DNA of 63,118 nucleotides, filler included, from Circinaria calcarea (Eukaryota), in NCBI GenBank assembly GCA_051942165.1. It is 7 parts of 7 records of this genome, joined end to end, with 100 filler letters (N's around TTAATTAATTAA, not from the genome) between each part and the next. Parts side by side here need not be neighbours in the genome. Positions count along the whole stretch, not along the records: positions 36,168 to 45,090 come from JAVECS010001020.1; positions 45,191 to 54,105 come from JAVECS010001021.1; 5 more parts are not named here. One strand, given 5' to 3'. The translations under genes and the position numbers were made by a program. Numbering within the stretch: position 1 is the stretch's first letter; every line of letters starts with the position of its first letter. Positions 38,928 through 51,926 of the stretch are shown piece after piece. A model generated the notes under the pieces. That model did no database searches. It was not told the origin of the DNA and saw only the letters and a list, made by a program, of their open reading frames with translations.

Positions 38928-39560
38928 CTATTCAACCAATGCACCACCACGAAGTCCCAGCGCTGTTCCATGAACGCTGGTCCCGCAACCCGGGGCTGGA
39001 GTGCTCGTTTGGCTGGCTGGCATCTGGAGACCATCTTTAACCCGAAATATGAGGCGCGGGACGAATTGGGGAATGGTTATGGGCATTTGGGGAGCATCCT
39101 GTGAGAGTAGGAAATCCCTCCGGGAATTCATGTCCATTCTGGCTACGGCACCTTGGAAGGCGGCGATCTGAGGATCGGGATGTCGAGGGCTACTAAGACG
39201 TAGGCGGCGGAGTCGAGGCATGGTGAGGCGGAGGCGTCGGGGCCGAGGCATGGTAAGGCGAAGTCTTTGAGGTCGGCGGGGAGCATTCAAATGGAGGGAT
39301 ACCACCCTTCGTTCGGCTAGTACACGCTCATCTGGATTGGGCCCGTTCCTCTCGTACCAAGTCATGCCGTCGCCCTGGTGCCTGGTTGCGTCCGCGGAAG
39401 GTCTCGTTAGGTACCGCTTCGTTGTCCTGACCACGGTTTGTACATGGTTCTGGCCCCCTCTTTGGATTTCCCTCGTAAAGGGGGCCGAATCTGCTCTGGT
39501 CATGAAGAGGATGCGAGGGCGGACATGATTAGTGATGGTGGCTGCGTTGAAGCTTGCCAT
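38928..39560 (-). CDS. Orphan Arg/Pro-rich protein with RLRLTMPR repeats
   Basis: 210-aa ATG ORF with three near-identical 10-aa repeats; no known domain. Confidence 0.4.
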   Translation of the reverse strand: MASFNAATITNHVRPRILFMTRADSAPFTREIQRGGQNHVQTVVRTTKRYLTRPSADATRHQGDGMTWYERNGPNPDERVLAERRVVSLHLNAPRRPQRLRLTMPRPRRLRLTMPRLRRLRLSSPRHPDPQIAAFQGAVARMDMNSRRDFLLSQDAPQMPITIPQFVPRLIFRVKDGLQMPASQTSTPAPGCGTSVHGTALGLRGGALVE

Positions 39561-41853
39561 TTCTTCGTACTGAAAGCGTGGTGATATGCAAGGTAATGAT
39601 ATAGGCTAAGGAAGGTTGTTTGGGGTACAATCGTTGATTTTATTTAGCAAATATATACCTGAATCTTGGATGGGGTGACCGTGATGTTGAGGTAAGATAC
39701 AAATTCTACCAGCTTACCTGTCTCCTTTATAGCCAATTCCTCTGGCGATACCGAAGTCGACTACCAATCTACTACTTTCATACACGAGTAAGTCAATGCT
39801 ATCGACAAGGAGATTCTCAATTCGACTATCTTAAACAGCTAAGAGAAGGAAAAGCTTAGATCCAAGTCACTCTCGCAAGCTAGAGCACATATTTCCGAAG
39901 AAGACATTGCAAAAAGGGGAACGGCGCGGTCATAAACCGGTACCGACGTTGAAATCAGGTACGGCCCAGCTTAAGAAGCTCGATCTTAACACAAAACCGC
40001 CAGACGAAACCAAAATTGAGTCATATATAGTAGTGACTAGCTTTAACATTGCACATTATGACCATGAAATGCATTGACTGTTAGCTTAGAGGTATTGATG
40101 AGCTCCACAACCGAGTCAGTAGCGGGCTGATACCGATTAAAGTATGTCTTTCTCTCCAAAGCCATCGATATAGAACTTGTAAGCGTCAATAACAGAGGAG
40201 GGTCCCGAAAACATCAGCGGCTCTATTAAACTGTTTGTCGGATTCTGCAATCGCGCTCTTGCCTAGCGGTTTCCCTGGCTTTCCTGGGCACAGTATGTGT
40301 TTGTTGAACATAATCATGCTCATCGTATGCAACAGCTCCAACATCCAAGTTGCGGGAGGACATGATCCAGCGTCGGCGATTAAGTTTGTCCAAGGCAAAT
40401 GCTCGAGCGCTCTGTCGTACCTTGATTCACAACGGGCTATTGCGCGGGCCTACTTTTCCGACGTTTTGAAGCCGATACCTTCGACCTGAAATCTAAATAG
40501 CATCTGGATCATCATGATCAAATAATACTTGGCATATCAGTTGCGTCCTTATGTTCGTATCGAGGTCATATAGGGGTTCTTGGAAGCCAAAGGCACTCTT
40601 AGATCAACAAAGCCGATAAAGGGCTCCTACGTGACTAAGGGGAGCTATTATCCACAAGCCTATGTCCACGGACTGCAAAACATTCGAAATCTTGGACCGG
40701 TTGGAGCTTGAAGCCAATGAAACTTGCGCTGAGAGTCGCATTGGACATGATGACTATAACATCGGTACTGAGTAAAGAGTGCTAGAAAGCTCGGTTGATG
40801 ACAGCCACCTGGAGTGGCTCTTCTACTCACGACTGTTGAGATTCAAGTAACGTAGATAATCTTTTTCATCGCCAATGAACGGTCCACGAGCTACTTGGCC
40901 CACCTCTGGCTTTGGATCCTGTCACGTGATCTCCTAGCGGCCCAGTAAATCCTCGGCGCGTTCCCGGAACCGTCAGGCTCGACTTCCTTCCCACCCACAC
41001 CACTTCATCGAGATTGTATGCACCCGACAGTGGCCTCCATGGGTGCTATAACCAACGGTATGCTCAGGCTTATATCATGGGCTCCGACGCAGTGCTCCAA
41101 GTTACTCTACGGCATGCCCGGACAACTCTACTACCGTCCAAAGTCATCGGCTTACCCAGGGATCCGAGGTTAGGTCAGTCGGCTTAATCAAACGACGACC
41201 CCACGGCTTGGCTCAGAGGTCTTTCTCCATATGCTCTTAACCAGTCAATCTTGCTCTATGAGATCTCCATAGTTTGTGTATCCGCTACGGCACTCGGACA
41301 TTGATACCTATGTGGAGCGCATGCCTAAGGTAAGAATAGTCGACTGACCTTTCCCCGCATTGGCACTGGGAACCAAACACACATCCCCATCTGCCGCTAC
41401 GTTAAACGACGACGAGAAGGTGAGCTACCGGGAGAATAGGACGTGGTATGTGGACTTTCGACTCCGAAGCTATCTTCAATCCTTGACCACCCGACTCTGC
41501 CAAGTAGGTCATGCAGCAGGCTCATTCTTGGACTCTTGGATATCTCCGGTTCTTGTTTGACAACGGAAGGCGTCTACCGTTGTTTGTCTGCATTGCGTTA
41601 ATGCACTATATCACTCTCTCATTTAATTTTCAGTCAGCCGTTGAGTATAGCTTCGTTCTCTGCATGAGTCCTCATGCGGGAGGTCTTCCGACCTCTCTGT
41701 TTATTGTCCTCTTTGTTCATGAAGCGCATATATCATACTATATAAATCTAGGGAAGTCCGGTTCTCCTGCTTCATCGTCTCGACGCTTACTTCCTCGCTA
41801 CCTTTCGTGCACATACCTAAATACGAACAAGTTTTTACTCCCCCGTTCACACC

Positions 41854-44026
41854 ATGTTCAGAGACAGAATAGTATCCTTTCTTCTCTTCTCCTCGCAAAT
41901 TGCTTTGCATTTTGCGGCTGCCGCTCCCCTTTTTACCCCTATACTTCCTCCTTCATATCCGTTAGCCGTAAAGAACCCATATTTGTCAGGTATGCTAGCC
42001 TTTCCGAATCCAAAATGGTGGGCATGGAACTGATAGTATGTGTTAGCATGGATGCCAGGGAATCAAGTTGCTACCCTGCCGTCTTCAGTGCCGCAATTCT
42101 GGGCAGGCCAGAACCTTACTCTTGCTCTACTGGCGCGTGTTGATGGCACTACATATTCTCTCATGGGCGTACCATCGCCTCCTACAGAAATACAGCCGGC
42201 ATCTGTAACTAGTGCGGAGTATACATCGACACATACGGTATTCAAATTGACGGCAGGAACTGCAAGCTTAACGCTTGACTTTTTCTCTCCCGTTTCCCCG
42301 AACAATTTCCTTCGGCAGTCTTTACCCTTCAGCTATCTAACCATCCGTGCCTCAAATACTGCTTCGAGTGCTATAGAGGTTTATGCAGACATCGACGAAA
42401 GTTGGACTGGGCAAACCGGAAATACATGGTCTAGCTTTTCTACGTCGGAGGCTACCTCGGTGTTTCAGCTTTCCGTAAATGGAGCTTATCTATACTCAGA
42501 AAATGCCGACCAAGCTTTGTGGGGCAATGTAATATTTGCTTCGCGGCCTTCCACTTCGTCGAACTTGTCCACCCAATCTGGTAGCTTTGAGGATGTGAGA
42601 GGTCAGTTTGCAACAAAAGGGTCATTGGATGGCTCCGTACCAGCCTACACTGCAGGAGATGTAATAGCTATTGCACAAGACCTTGGGACTGTCACCGCAG
42701 AGACCTCTGTGACCTTCGCTTTTGGATATGTTCGGGAGGCCGCTGTCAATTATTTGGGCAATGCAAGGACTGGATTCTATCGGGCGACCTACAAGGACCC
42801 GGTCACTGCCGTGTCATATTTCCTCGATGACCTGAGTGCGGCGCAAACAGAGTCACTTTCGGTGGACTCGGACTTGATGAGTAGAAGTACAGCATCAGCA
42901 GGTTCGAACTATTCTGACATCATCACGCTGTCCGTTCGACAGCTATACGGTGCCATTGACGTTACAATATCAAACGACACATTGAACACGGATGATGTTC
43001 TTGTCTTTTTGAAAGAGATCTCAAGTAACGGCAACACAAATACTGTGGACGTTTTGTTCCCAGCTTTTCCAGCCTTCTATGTGATGGCTCCAGAGTACAT
43101 TCGCCTGTCCTTGGAACCTGTCCTCCAATACTTGGCCACTGGACGATGGAAACAGGTAGGATAAGCACGTTATCTTTGTTCCTCACTGGACTAATAGGTT
43201 ATAGCCATATCCCATCCATGACATTGGGACTCATTACCCGAATGCTACAGGCCACGATGATCAGCAAGCTGAACCTATGCCGGTCGAAGAGTCAGGAAAC
43301 CTATTGATTATGGCGTATGCTTACATGCTTGCAACTGGCAAGTCTGATTTCGCCACCAGGTACCATTCTCTGTTCCAGTCTTACGCCGATTACCTTGTGG
43401 CGAATGGTCTGAATATCTCCTTTCAGCTTTCCACCGACGACTTCGCAGGTCCTCTGGCTAATCAGACAAACCTCGCTATCAAGGCTGCCGTAGGCCTCAC
43501 TGCATTCGGTGCCATGACCGGAATGGACAACTACACCACGGTGGGGTTGAACTTTGCAGATCAGCTCTACGGCCAAGGTCTAGGAACCGATGCTGAGAAA
43601 ACGCACTTTACGCTCACATATGGTAATGACAATAGTTTTACCACGGCATTCAATCTATACCCATCCACCCTTCTCAACCTCTCAACCTTCCCTACCGAAG
43701 CATTTGAGATGGAAACTATCTATTACCCTACTATACGGGCTGAAGCAGGTATCCCACTGGATAGCCGTGTAGACCTGGGGAAGACTGACTGGATGCACTT
43801 TGCGGCTGCGTACACGACTAACACCATGACGAGGGACCTATTCATCAACGATGTTCATGCTTTTATCAGCCAGGCAAGTAATGATAATCAGGTGCCGTTT
43901 AGCGATAAGTACTTTGTCAGTGGCGACCAGGGGAATCCAGTCGGAGGGTATAGTGGGTTTAGGGCAAGGCCCGTGGTAGGAGGTCACTTTGCTACTCTGG
44001 CTTTGGATGGCGCAGGGCCAGCCTAG
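41854..44026 (+). CDS. gtaA: Secreted glutaminase A (GtaA family), 3 exons
   Basis: Signal peptide; PPSYPLAVKNPYLS.W; RQSLPFSY; FLKEISSNGNTNTVDV; HDIGTHYPNATGH; MPVEESGN; KTDW; RPVVGGHF. Confidence 0.9.
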
Positions 44027-44842
44027 AGTACGAAGACGCAAACAAAGGTCGGGAAGAGCAAGACTGCAGAGATGGTCCTGCTGGGGGACCGTCTCTCCGC
44101 AAGTTCTCATGTCAGCCTGAATGCAGTTTGACGGGCCTGGGGTCGTGTGGTCATGGCCAGGTGCAAGCTTTGTCACGTTCATTACCTCGTACTCCAGCGG
44201 ATGACTTTCTGAACACATTCTTTTGGCTTAATAATTTTGGATAGGAGGTTGGTCTCGTTGTTGGGATCGCTAGGGATTAGAAAATAGGATTACCGTTTAA
44301 TGAAATGAGTCGTTGGCTTTGGCAAGGGAATGTTTCCTGTTCCAACACCGATTCCTACCGCTATTATGGACATACCCAATTCTCCTCAATAAATACTTGG
44401 CCATATACTCGCAGTAAAGTTGCATAGCGTAATGTTGAACTACAGAAACTAAATACATTTATGCAGATGCTATTGTTATTGTCATTATCACTACTAGCCA
44501 GTTCGTGTACACTGATAAGGTTTACGCTAAACCTTTATGGTAGCGCCTAACCTACACCGCTTTTGCATACCGTAATCATTTTCGCGATGAAGGCTTCGAT
44601 GGGGAAATAAGCTTCATGAGGTTCAGTCTGATATAATTGAGATCATTTTGGAGCGTTCCGTCCGTTGTTTTATAGGCTATGGAAAAACCATCGAGATTAT
44701 TTCTAGAACAGTGTACCACTTGCGATACTAATGAAGTTACAACCCACTGACCACCTCCATTCTCCTGAACAGCTCACACTGCCCTCTTAGACAACCCTTC
44801 AGCTCTCCTCTTACCACCACCCTCCTTCAATCTCCCGCACAA

Positions 44843-45090
44843 ATGCCCGTCCGCCTCCCAACCCTCCGCACCCTCTCCCTCCTCCTCCTTCGCAAACCCC
44901 CGCCCTCCCGTCACCACTCTACAACCACTACCACCACCACACCCTCATCCTCCATCAACCCCAGCGAAATCTCCCACTTCAACGCCCTAGCCTCCACATG
45001 GTGGGACCCTTACGGCTCTTCGTGCCTTCTCCACCTCATGAACCCCCTCCGCCACGACTTCATCGCCTCCTGTCTCTCTACCTCCCCATC
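44843..45090 (+). CDS. COQ3: Ubiquinone biosynthesis O-methyltransferase, 5' fragment
   Basis: Mitochondrial-type presequence, then SSINPSEISHFNALASTWWDPYGSS.LLHLMNPLRHDFI. Confidence 0.85.
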
Positions 45091-45190
45091 NNNNNNNNNN
45101 NNNNNNNNNNNNNNNNNNNNNNNNNNNNNNNNNNTTAATTAATTAANNNNNNNNNNNNNNNNNNNNNNNNNNNNNNNNNNNNNNNNNNNN
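45091..45190. other. Artificial contig linker
   Basis: N44-TTAATTAATTAA-N44. Confidence 0.97.
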
Positions 45191-45483
45191 GTGAAATGCA
45201 GGAGACGGTCTGTTATGATCATCACCTAACAAAGAAATGTAAGGGTCCATGTACATTTAGCCACGAGCCGATTGCACCAGAGCAGGTACTGGTATTGAGG
45301 CACTGGAAGAGGAAGATCGCATGCGATCAAAGGGCCCAGTGCCGCTCCTTTGATTGTTACTACGGTCATGTGTGCCCATACCCTTTGAAGAGTTGCCATA
45401 AAGGATTGCAATGCCCGTTTGGCGCTCTACACGACGTAGACCCGACTGTTGTGAAGAAGGTAACTGAAGTGGAAGGAGGTTGA
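45191..45483 (+). CDS. Tandem CCCH zinc-finger protein, 3' fragment
   Basis: CYDHHLTKKC...CTFSH; C..RAQCRSFDCYYGHVCP; C.KG.QCPF..LH. Confidence 0.75.
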
Positions 45484-47368
45484 AGGCAGTTATGACCAAC
45501 CACTGTTTCTTCCTGAACTAATACAGAGTGGAGCATGGTAGGGATAGAGTACGCGGCAAGCCAAAGATGCACCACTTATTAGACTGACTGCTCTGATGCA
45601 TTACAGCTACATGTTCGCGCGAATTCTTATGGCGAGCGAGATTACGTGCATGATCCGATAATGCGGGGCAGGGGTGCGCTTATCATGATTCATTGATTAT
45701 CATACCCCCAATATACACACTCGGCTTGGCTGTTCTGTGGGTGGTGGTTGCAAAGCATGACACTCGACACCATTTAATGGTCTTGATCGTTGCAGATAAC
45801 GCGGTAGTCGGTATGGTGCGTAACTGGGACTGGTGGAGCAGGGGCGCTATTTCCCAATCAAGACATGGCATCCATCTCCACTTCCTCTAGCTCCGTGTTC
45901 TGACATCTTGACACCTGCACCTGCACCTTATTTAGCAGAAATGGCATCCTCTTCGAATTCTGGCATTCTTGCGCTGTCGCATTTGAAACAACATCCTTTT
46001 CTCCCCTCGTAATGCCTCCGGTCACGGTGAACAATGGCATTCCTGGAGTGCCGATTGATCGCATTATTGATGCCCCTAATAGTCTGAAAGTTATTCTCTG
46101 CGTCTTATATCTCGTCATCTTTCTGATGATTGTCATGCTTGCGACGAGGCCGGGAAGCTTTGGTCGAATCCGACTATGAAGGCCGGTGAGTTGTGCATGG
46201 TGTCAGATATCTTGTGAGGCGAATCTATTACCTTTGTGTCATCACTTTACTGACACTGTCAAGGCCGCCGTTCATGTTTCCTGGTAGTCCTCCGACTCCG
46301 GCGCGTCGCGACGTCGCCGCCAGTTCTGAGGGACGTCCAGTCGACTTGGAAAGCTGGTCTTCACTTGGTGATCTGACTGGCGTATCCCGGACCCCAATGC
46401 ATCAGATGGCGGTTGCAGTCATGGTCTTTTCCAAGGTCACGCAGAACATCAAGTGACGGATATCAAAGGGAACAACGGCGAGCTTAAGATATTTGGATAG
46501 ATGGTTTTGGAGGAGGAAGCGGTAGCATCGGCCGCAGACTGATCATGGTCCAATCTGCCTCAATCAACGTGGTCTTTTCTTGCCACTCGATGTAGACACC
46601 GGAGATGGCTTCTGAGTACTCAGCGAACATGAGAAGGGCCCTACTGTGGCGGCAGGCGTAATAAATGTTAGCACGGTTGTCGACCGACCACCGTATACTC
46701 AGTCAAGACCACATAAATCTTAAACAGAAGGGGGTGTGCTTCAGTTGCTTATTCCAGTCTTCTATATGAATACGTAGTTTCAGCCTTCTAAATACTCTCG
46801 GCAAGAGACCCAACGCTACTGTTATGCCTGCAGTAAAGCTTCACCGATGAGTCTTGGCAACGCTTTGTCCTTTAGCGTATACCAGACCCCCGTCGCTCGG
46901 AGTAACGAATCGCCGGCCGTTTGCTACCAAGCACCTGACCTTCTCCGTTTTATTGGGCGGCACATAACAAGCATGAAAGTGAGCCTTTACAGTATCTTTT
47001 TGAACTCCATTCTCCCTTTGAATATTTCTTCTTTTATACTTGTGAAAGCCTGATTCATTGCACTTATGAATTGATACCACAATCGGCCAAACCTTCTATG
47101 CATTTAATCCACCCTTGTTAAAACCCTCATTCGCCGTGGCATCCGCCTCACCTCCTAAGCCAACCGTTTTCTGTATTCACGATGCCTGGCACAGCTGGGG
47201 GTATTAGAGGGTTAATCCGATCGAGGAATCAAGGAATTTGAGTTCTGTACCGATCAAGAGATGTGTACCATCTAAACGTGCCGAGGGGCTCGGCTCCGTG
47301 CGGGATAGTTGCCGGCATTATTGGTATCCCGCCTCCACTCACTAACAACCAAGTGCTCAATCTCAATA

Positions 47369-47564
47369 CTCGTCTGCAGAGGTTATTATTGCTAGAACGG
47401 CGCTAAATTCCCTGCTGAAATTTTTGTCATAATACTAACATTTAATCTGTTTAGCCAATAGCATGCATAAAACATTATAAATATTATATACACTATGGAA
47501 ATTTAGCTGTATAAAGTAATGATTTACTAGCGCGCTTCTAGCAATAAATACCCCTACAGACGAG
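47369..47564. mobile_element. MITE (Tc1/mariner-type, TA target duplication)
   Basis: ~37-bp imperfect TIRs (CTCGTCTG.AG.GGT..TTATTGCTAGAA..GCGCTA) with TA on both sides; AT-rich non-coding interior. Confidence 0.8.
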
Positions 47565-49156
47565 TAGGGTGCTTTCCACTCCACTTCTTATCTCTTTCGC
47601 CCATACATAGCCCCCCTAGTGGAAACTGCGAATGACAGAAATAGAAGCCACAATTCCAACGTGACGGTCTCGTTGGATTGAGACTCAACATCATCATGCA
47701 TGTAATATGAACCCTCGGTCGACTGCTCAAGGATCACCATTTATGGGCTCGAGTCAGGCGTAGATGAGGTCCTGTGGATGGCTGCCCAATCGGGGCGATT
47801 CTATGCATTCAATATGGGCGATCTGACAGCTTCCGGTATCTCAAGACTCGTACTGTCTCAGTGGCAGTGCCTTAAGGTAAACTGAGAACCAAAGGCAGGC
47901 TACATAGGTAAGTATGGGGCAACAACAGCAGCAGCCTTGTACAACCCGACAACGAAATAGTTTGGAATGCGGTGCAGAGAATACTCAGACTTACTTGGGT
48001 CGCTTTACATGAAGATCCCTGGGCCTCTTCACGACGTCCGGTGTATGGTAGGGTATTATTTGGTACGCTAGTATCAGGCGTAAGGTATGCATTCTACTGG
48101 TTCTTCCCCCACTACCAATGAGATACTCTTCCATCGGTATCCCTTCAGCTGGCAGTGCATCATCTGAGGCTGTGCCAACCAGTCGCACAACTTGAACTGT
48201 ATGGGAAAGACGTCCGATTAGCTCTCTTCAAGAGAACATTGCTCAAAAGAGATCATATCCGTGGCCCTCCACCACCGAGAAGATTTCTGCGCTGGCTTTT
48301 AACCTAACCGAGAACGTTCTCGCAGGGCTTATTACCGGACATCAGTTTCCAAGATAAGTTCCGGCAAGGCTTGGCCAGATGTCACCATTACTACTTGAGA
48401 GCTGGGAACGCTTCTCATACCACATGTCGTGGTCTCTCCCTTTTTCTTATTTGCTGGATGTATAAGGCTACGATGTGGGTTTTGCAGTAATGTGAGACTG
48501 CACAGTATTCTATCCGTGAGCGTTAGCTGCGGATGAAGGTGTGGAAGGGTGTTGCATGATACCTGCAGGGCTCACATATATGTGACTGGGGTCTTTTCTG
48601 CTTTCACTGGCTGACGGATTGACGCACCGTTGCGGCCTATACATCCTTTGGACATGAATTGTACTACGGTGTTTTGATGGTAAGAACTGGTCTCATTCTA
48701 AGGCAGCCTTTAACGTTAGGCTAAAAGGCTTAGAAAGATCAGCCATAATTAGGACGGGTAACAGAATGGCCTAGCCGAATGTTGATGAGAGCACACTTCG
48801 CTCTCGGGAAAAGGTTATAAAGGAATGGGTCATATCCGAAATGGGCAATGTTATCTTTGCTCTCTTCATTCCATGTATTCCCCGCCGAAGTCTACTGGCC
48901 TACAAATTCTATTTCAGGGGGCAGCTTCTTGAAAGAGCGATCCTAAAGATGTGAAGTTAAAAGGAGCGCTGCAATAAGAAGGCAAAAGCACCTCTATGCC
49001 GCAACAGTCACTGTTCACCAAGAAGGCTTGTGCTACGTCTACGAGGCTTTACAATTTGCCAACCTTTTCTCGCAGGGAAGGCGAAGATACTTCTTTCTTG
49101 ACAACCACAATTCCCTCCTTCCTTTGCCATACTTTTTTTGCTTGTTTCACTGAGTT

Positions 49157-51926
49157 ATGGATCCCCTTTCAATTGCTGCTGGCATCATCACCATCGTCGG
49201 TGTTGGAGGACAGGCTGCTAAAGCTGTTAGAAAGCTCGCATCCCTCAAAGGCGCTCCAGACTTAGTCCTCGCCCTGAATAATGAAATATCCGATCTTCAT
49301 CTTGTGGTACTAGCCATCCAGGACGTATTTAAGAGACAGCAGACCAGTGGTTTGTCTTTCCCAGGGAATCGAGCATTGAATGCCAATGTTGATGCCAGCA
49401 TTACCAATTCTCTTCAATATGCAAAAGAAAAGGTTGTTGAGCTGGAAGCTCTGCATAATCGATTAACTACAACCGCAACCGCTTCCGGGTCTAGTGACTC
49501 AACAGCTTTTAACAAGGGTGCATGGTTGCGAGAGCAGAAAAGGGTAAAGAAAATGCAAGAGGATCTCCGTAATGTGAGGCTCAAACTGGCATCTGCTCTT
49601 AGCGTTCTCAACTCGTGAGTACAGTTCCTCATACCTCATGAACCTCCATCGACTTGTGGGTGGTCAACGCGTGCCAGCATCTTAAATAATTTGATAGCCG
49701 TGTTTGAGACCAACCCTATCGATCCATCTAATTCGTTTACTTTGCTCACGTCCTTTGCTGACTCAATAACAAAACACTAGGTCTACTCTATTACGCATTC
49801 AAGAAGGAGTGCAAGCCACTCAGAACAACACAGCGCACCTGCAGACGCTTCAACACCAATACGAGACAGCCCAGCGTCAGAGGGCAATTGGTCAGGAAAA
49901 CTCTATCCAGGTCATTCAGGATAAAACGATGGAAATGCAGACATTGCAAAAACAAAGCGAGACAGCCCAAGCGCAAAGGGCGGCTGGTCATGAGAGCTCA
50001 GTTCAAGCGATCCAGGATAAGATAAGGGACTTGCAACATACTCAGCAGGGGATCGCCAACATTCAAAGCCAGAGGTTAGCTGAATACGAGACTGCCGTAC
50101 AAAAGCCGATCTCACAAGTTCTGGTCGCTCAGCAGAGCTTGGAGCTGAAACTGGATCTCATTGAAGCCAGACGCATAGCAAACAACGCCGAGTCCGGGCT
50201 TAGAGCCGCAACGCAGTCATTTCTCAATTCAAGGAGCCCACTAGACCGTAGTTCGACGTCGAGTACGGTTGGGATTACAGCATCAATGACCCGGTGGCAA
50301 TGTCCGGACAGCTGTACGTGCAGCTGTCATCGACACCAGCGCCCTAAAAAGATGACCCCTAACATCTTAGACCGCTTTATCGGAGTTCTTTTCGTGGGTT
50401 ATCTCGGTATTCCAAAGATAACTGAGCGGTGCAATGATGGAGATTGTATTCAACAGTCAAGTTCAACTCTTTCAATTTTATATTTCTTCCCAACGTGGCT
50501 TCTAGCACGTGCCATGATACTGTTACTGAAATTGTCATCGGCACACGGGCTAGAATTGTATCTTCGGATGCCTCGGCTCGTTAGTAACTCGTCGATAATT
50601 TTTTCTTTCGCAGTACATGGGGATGTTGAAAGCTTGAAGGAGATTTTCTGCCACGGCCTCGGATCCCCAATGGATGTAGATGTGACTGATGGCAGTACCG
50701 CCTTATCTGTAAATCAGGGCCCCCAACAAGCATGTATATAGCTAACAGTGGCTTAGTATGCTATAACCTCTGGGAGAACAGAAGTTTGTCAGCTACTTCT
50801 CCACGCAGGTGCAGATCCGTATCTCGAGAACTATCAATCCATGTAAGCATACGTCTCATTATCTGTGACTCATACTTTTAACTAGTTGACAGTTATGGAT
50901 AGAACCGCTACCGATAAGGCTTGGGAAAGTATCCTAAGCAATGAACATAACGCGAGTACTCGCGAAAGCCTCAGGGTACTTTTCCCTAGCCAAGGTTTTC
51001 TAGAAAAATTGAACTTCAGTCTGCTACACAGGATTGTACTTGGGCTTAACCCAATTAGCCTTGACACAATAATCGATAGTCTTTCTAGATCCGTCATCAA
51101 CGAAAGTGATGCATTTGGTCGGACGGCGCTTTGGTGGGCCGCTAGACGGGCTGATTCTTCGAAGATTTCTCTGTTATTGAAATACGGGGCAGATGCCAAT
51201 ATACAGAGTTCAACAGGAGAGATGCCCTTGATGACGGCTATATATACCAGGAATCAGACATGCATCAGATTACTCTTGGATGCTGGCTCCGAGATTCATT
51301 ATAGAGACCCACAAGGCTGGGCATCGTTACATTTAAGCTGCTACTACGGTTCTGACATCGATATCGTGGAGGCTCTCCTTCGTGGGGTTGGTGACATTGA
51401 CGATAGATTATCATCAGGCTATAATACATCTCTTATGCTCGCCGCACAGGGAAATCACATTCATATAGTAAAGTATCTCATTTCTCGAGGCGCGAAGCTG
51501 AACGCGACCGACATCGACGGCGAAAGTTCTCTTCATGTTGCCCTGTCGGGCAATTGCCTAGAAGTGCTTCGCTTCCTTTTGCAACACAAGGCAAGTCACT
51601 GTCTTAAAACGAAAGCTGGTGAGGGTTTGCTTCATTATGCTGCCCAGTTTGGAAATGTGGAATCCTTGAAAGTTCTTAACGCGTTCTGCCTTGATGGGAT
51701 CGATCCCGAGGACAGGATTACAGGAGTCTCGCCCCAACAAATATTCAAAGTCAAAGGTCTAACAGCACTTGAGATTGCCGAACAACGAACAGACGTCACC
51801 CCGGAATGGCGGGCCATGTTTCGAAAGTTGGTGCATGGCATTCGTTTTCCAGAGAGCAAAGGTCCTGAGCTTTCAACAGTGGAGGAGACGGAAGAGTTCG
51901 AAGATGCTCTTGAGAGCCAGGACTGA
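49157..51926 (+). CDS. HeLo-like/fungal N-terminal domain, Q-rich repeats, Cys-rich segment and ankyrin repeats, 4 exons
   Basis: MDPLSIAAGIITIV..ALNNEISDL N-domain; CPDSCTCSCH..LFVGYLGIP..C...C; ANK motifs GRTALWWAA, GEMPLMTA, TSLMLAA and GESSLHVA. Confidence 0.85.

Noticed and set aside
27145..45090. Secondary-metabolite cluster made of MFS, sulfotransferase-like gene, UstYa and glutaminase
   Set aside because: The components lie on different contigs separated by a linker, and no backbone enzyme or precursor was seen.
45850..48450. Short ORFs and coding-like remnants around the MITE
   Set aside because: No recognisable motifs; BLASTX would be needed.
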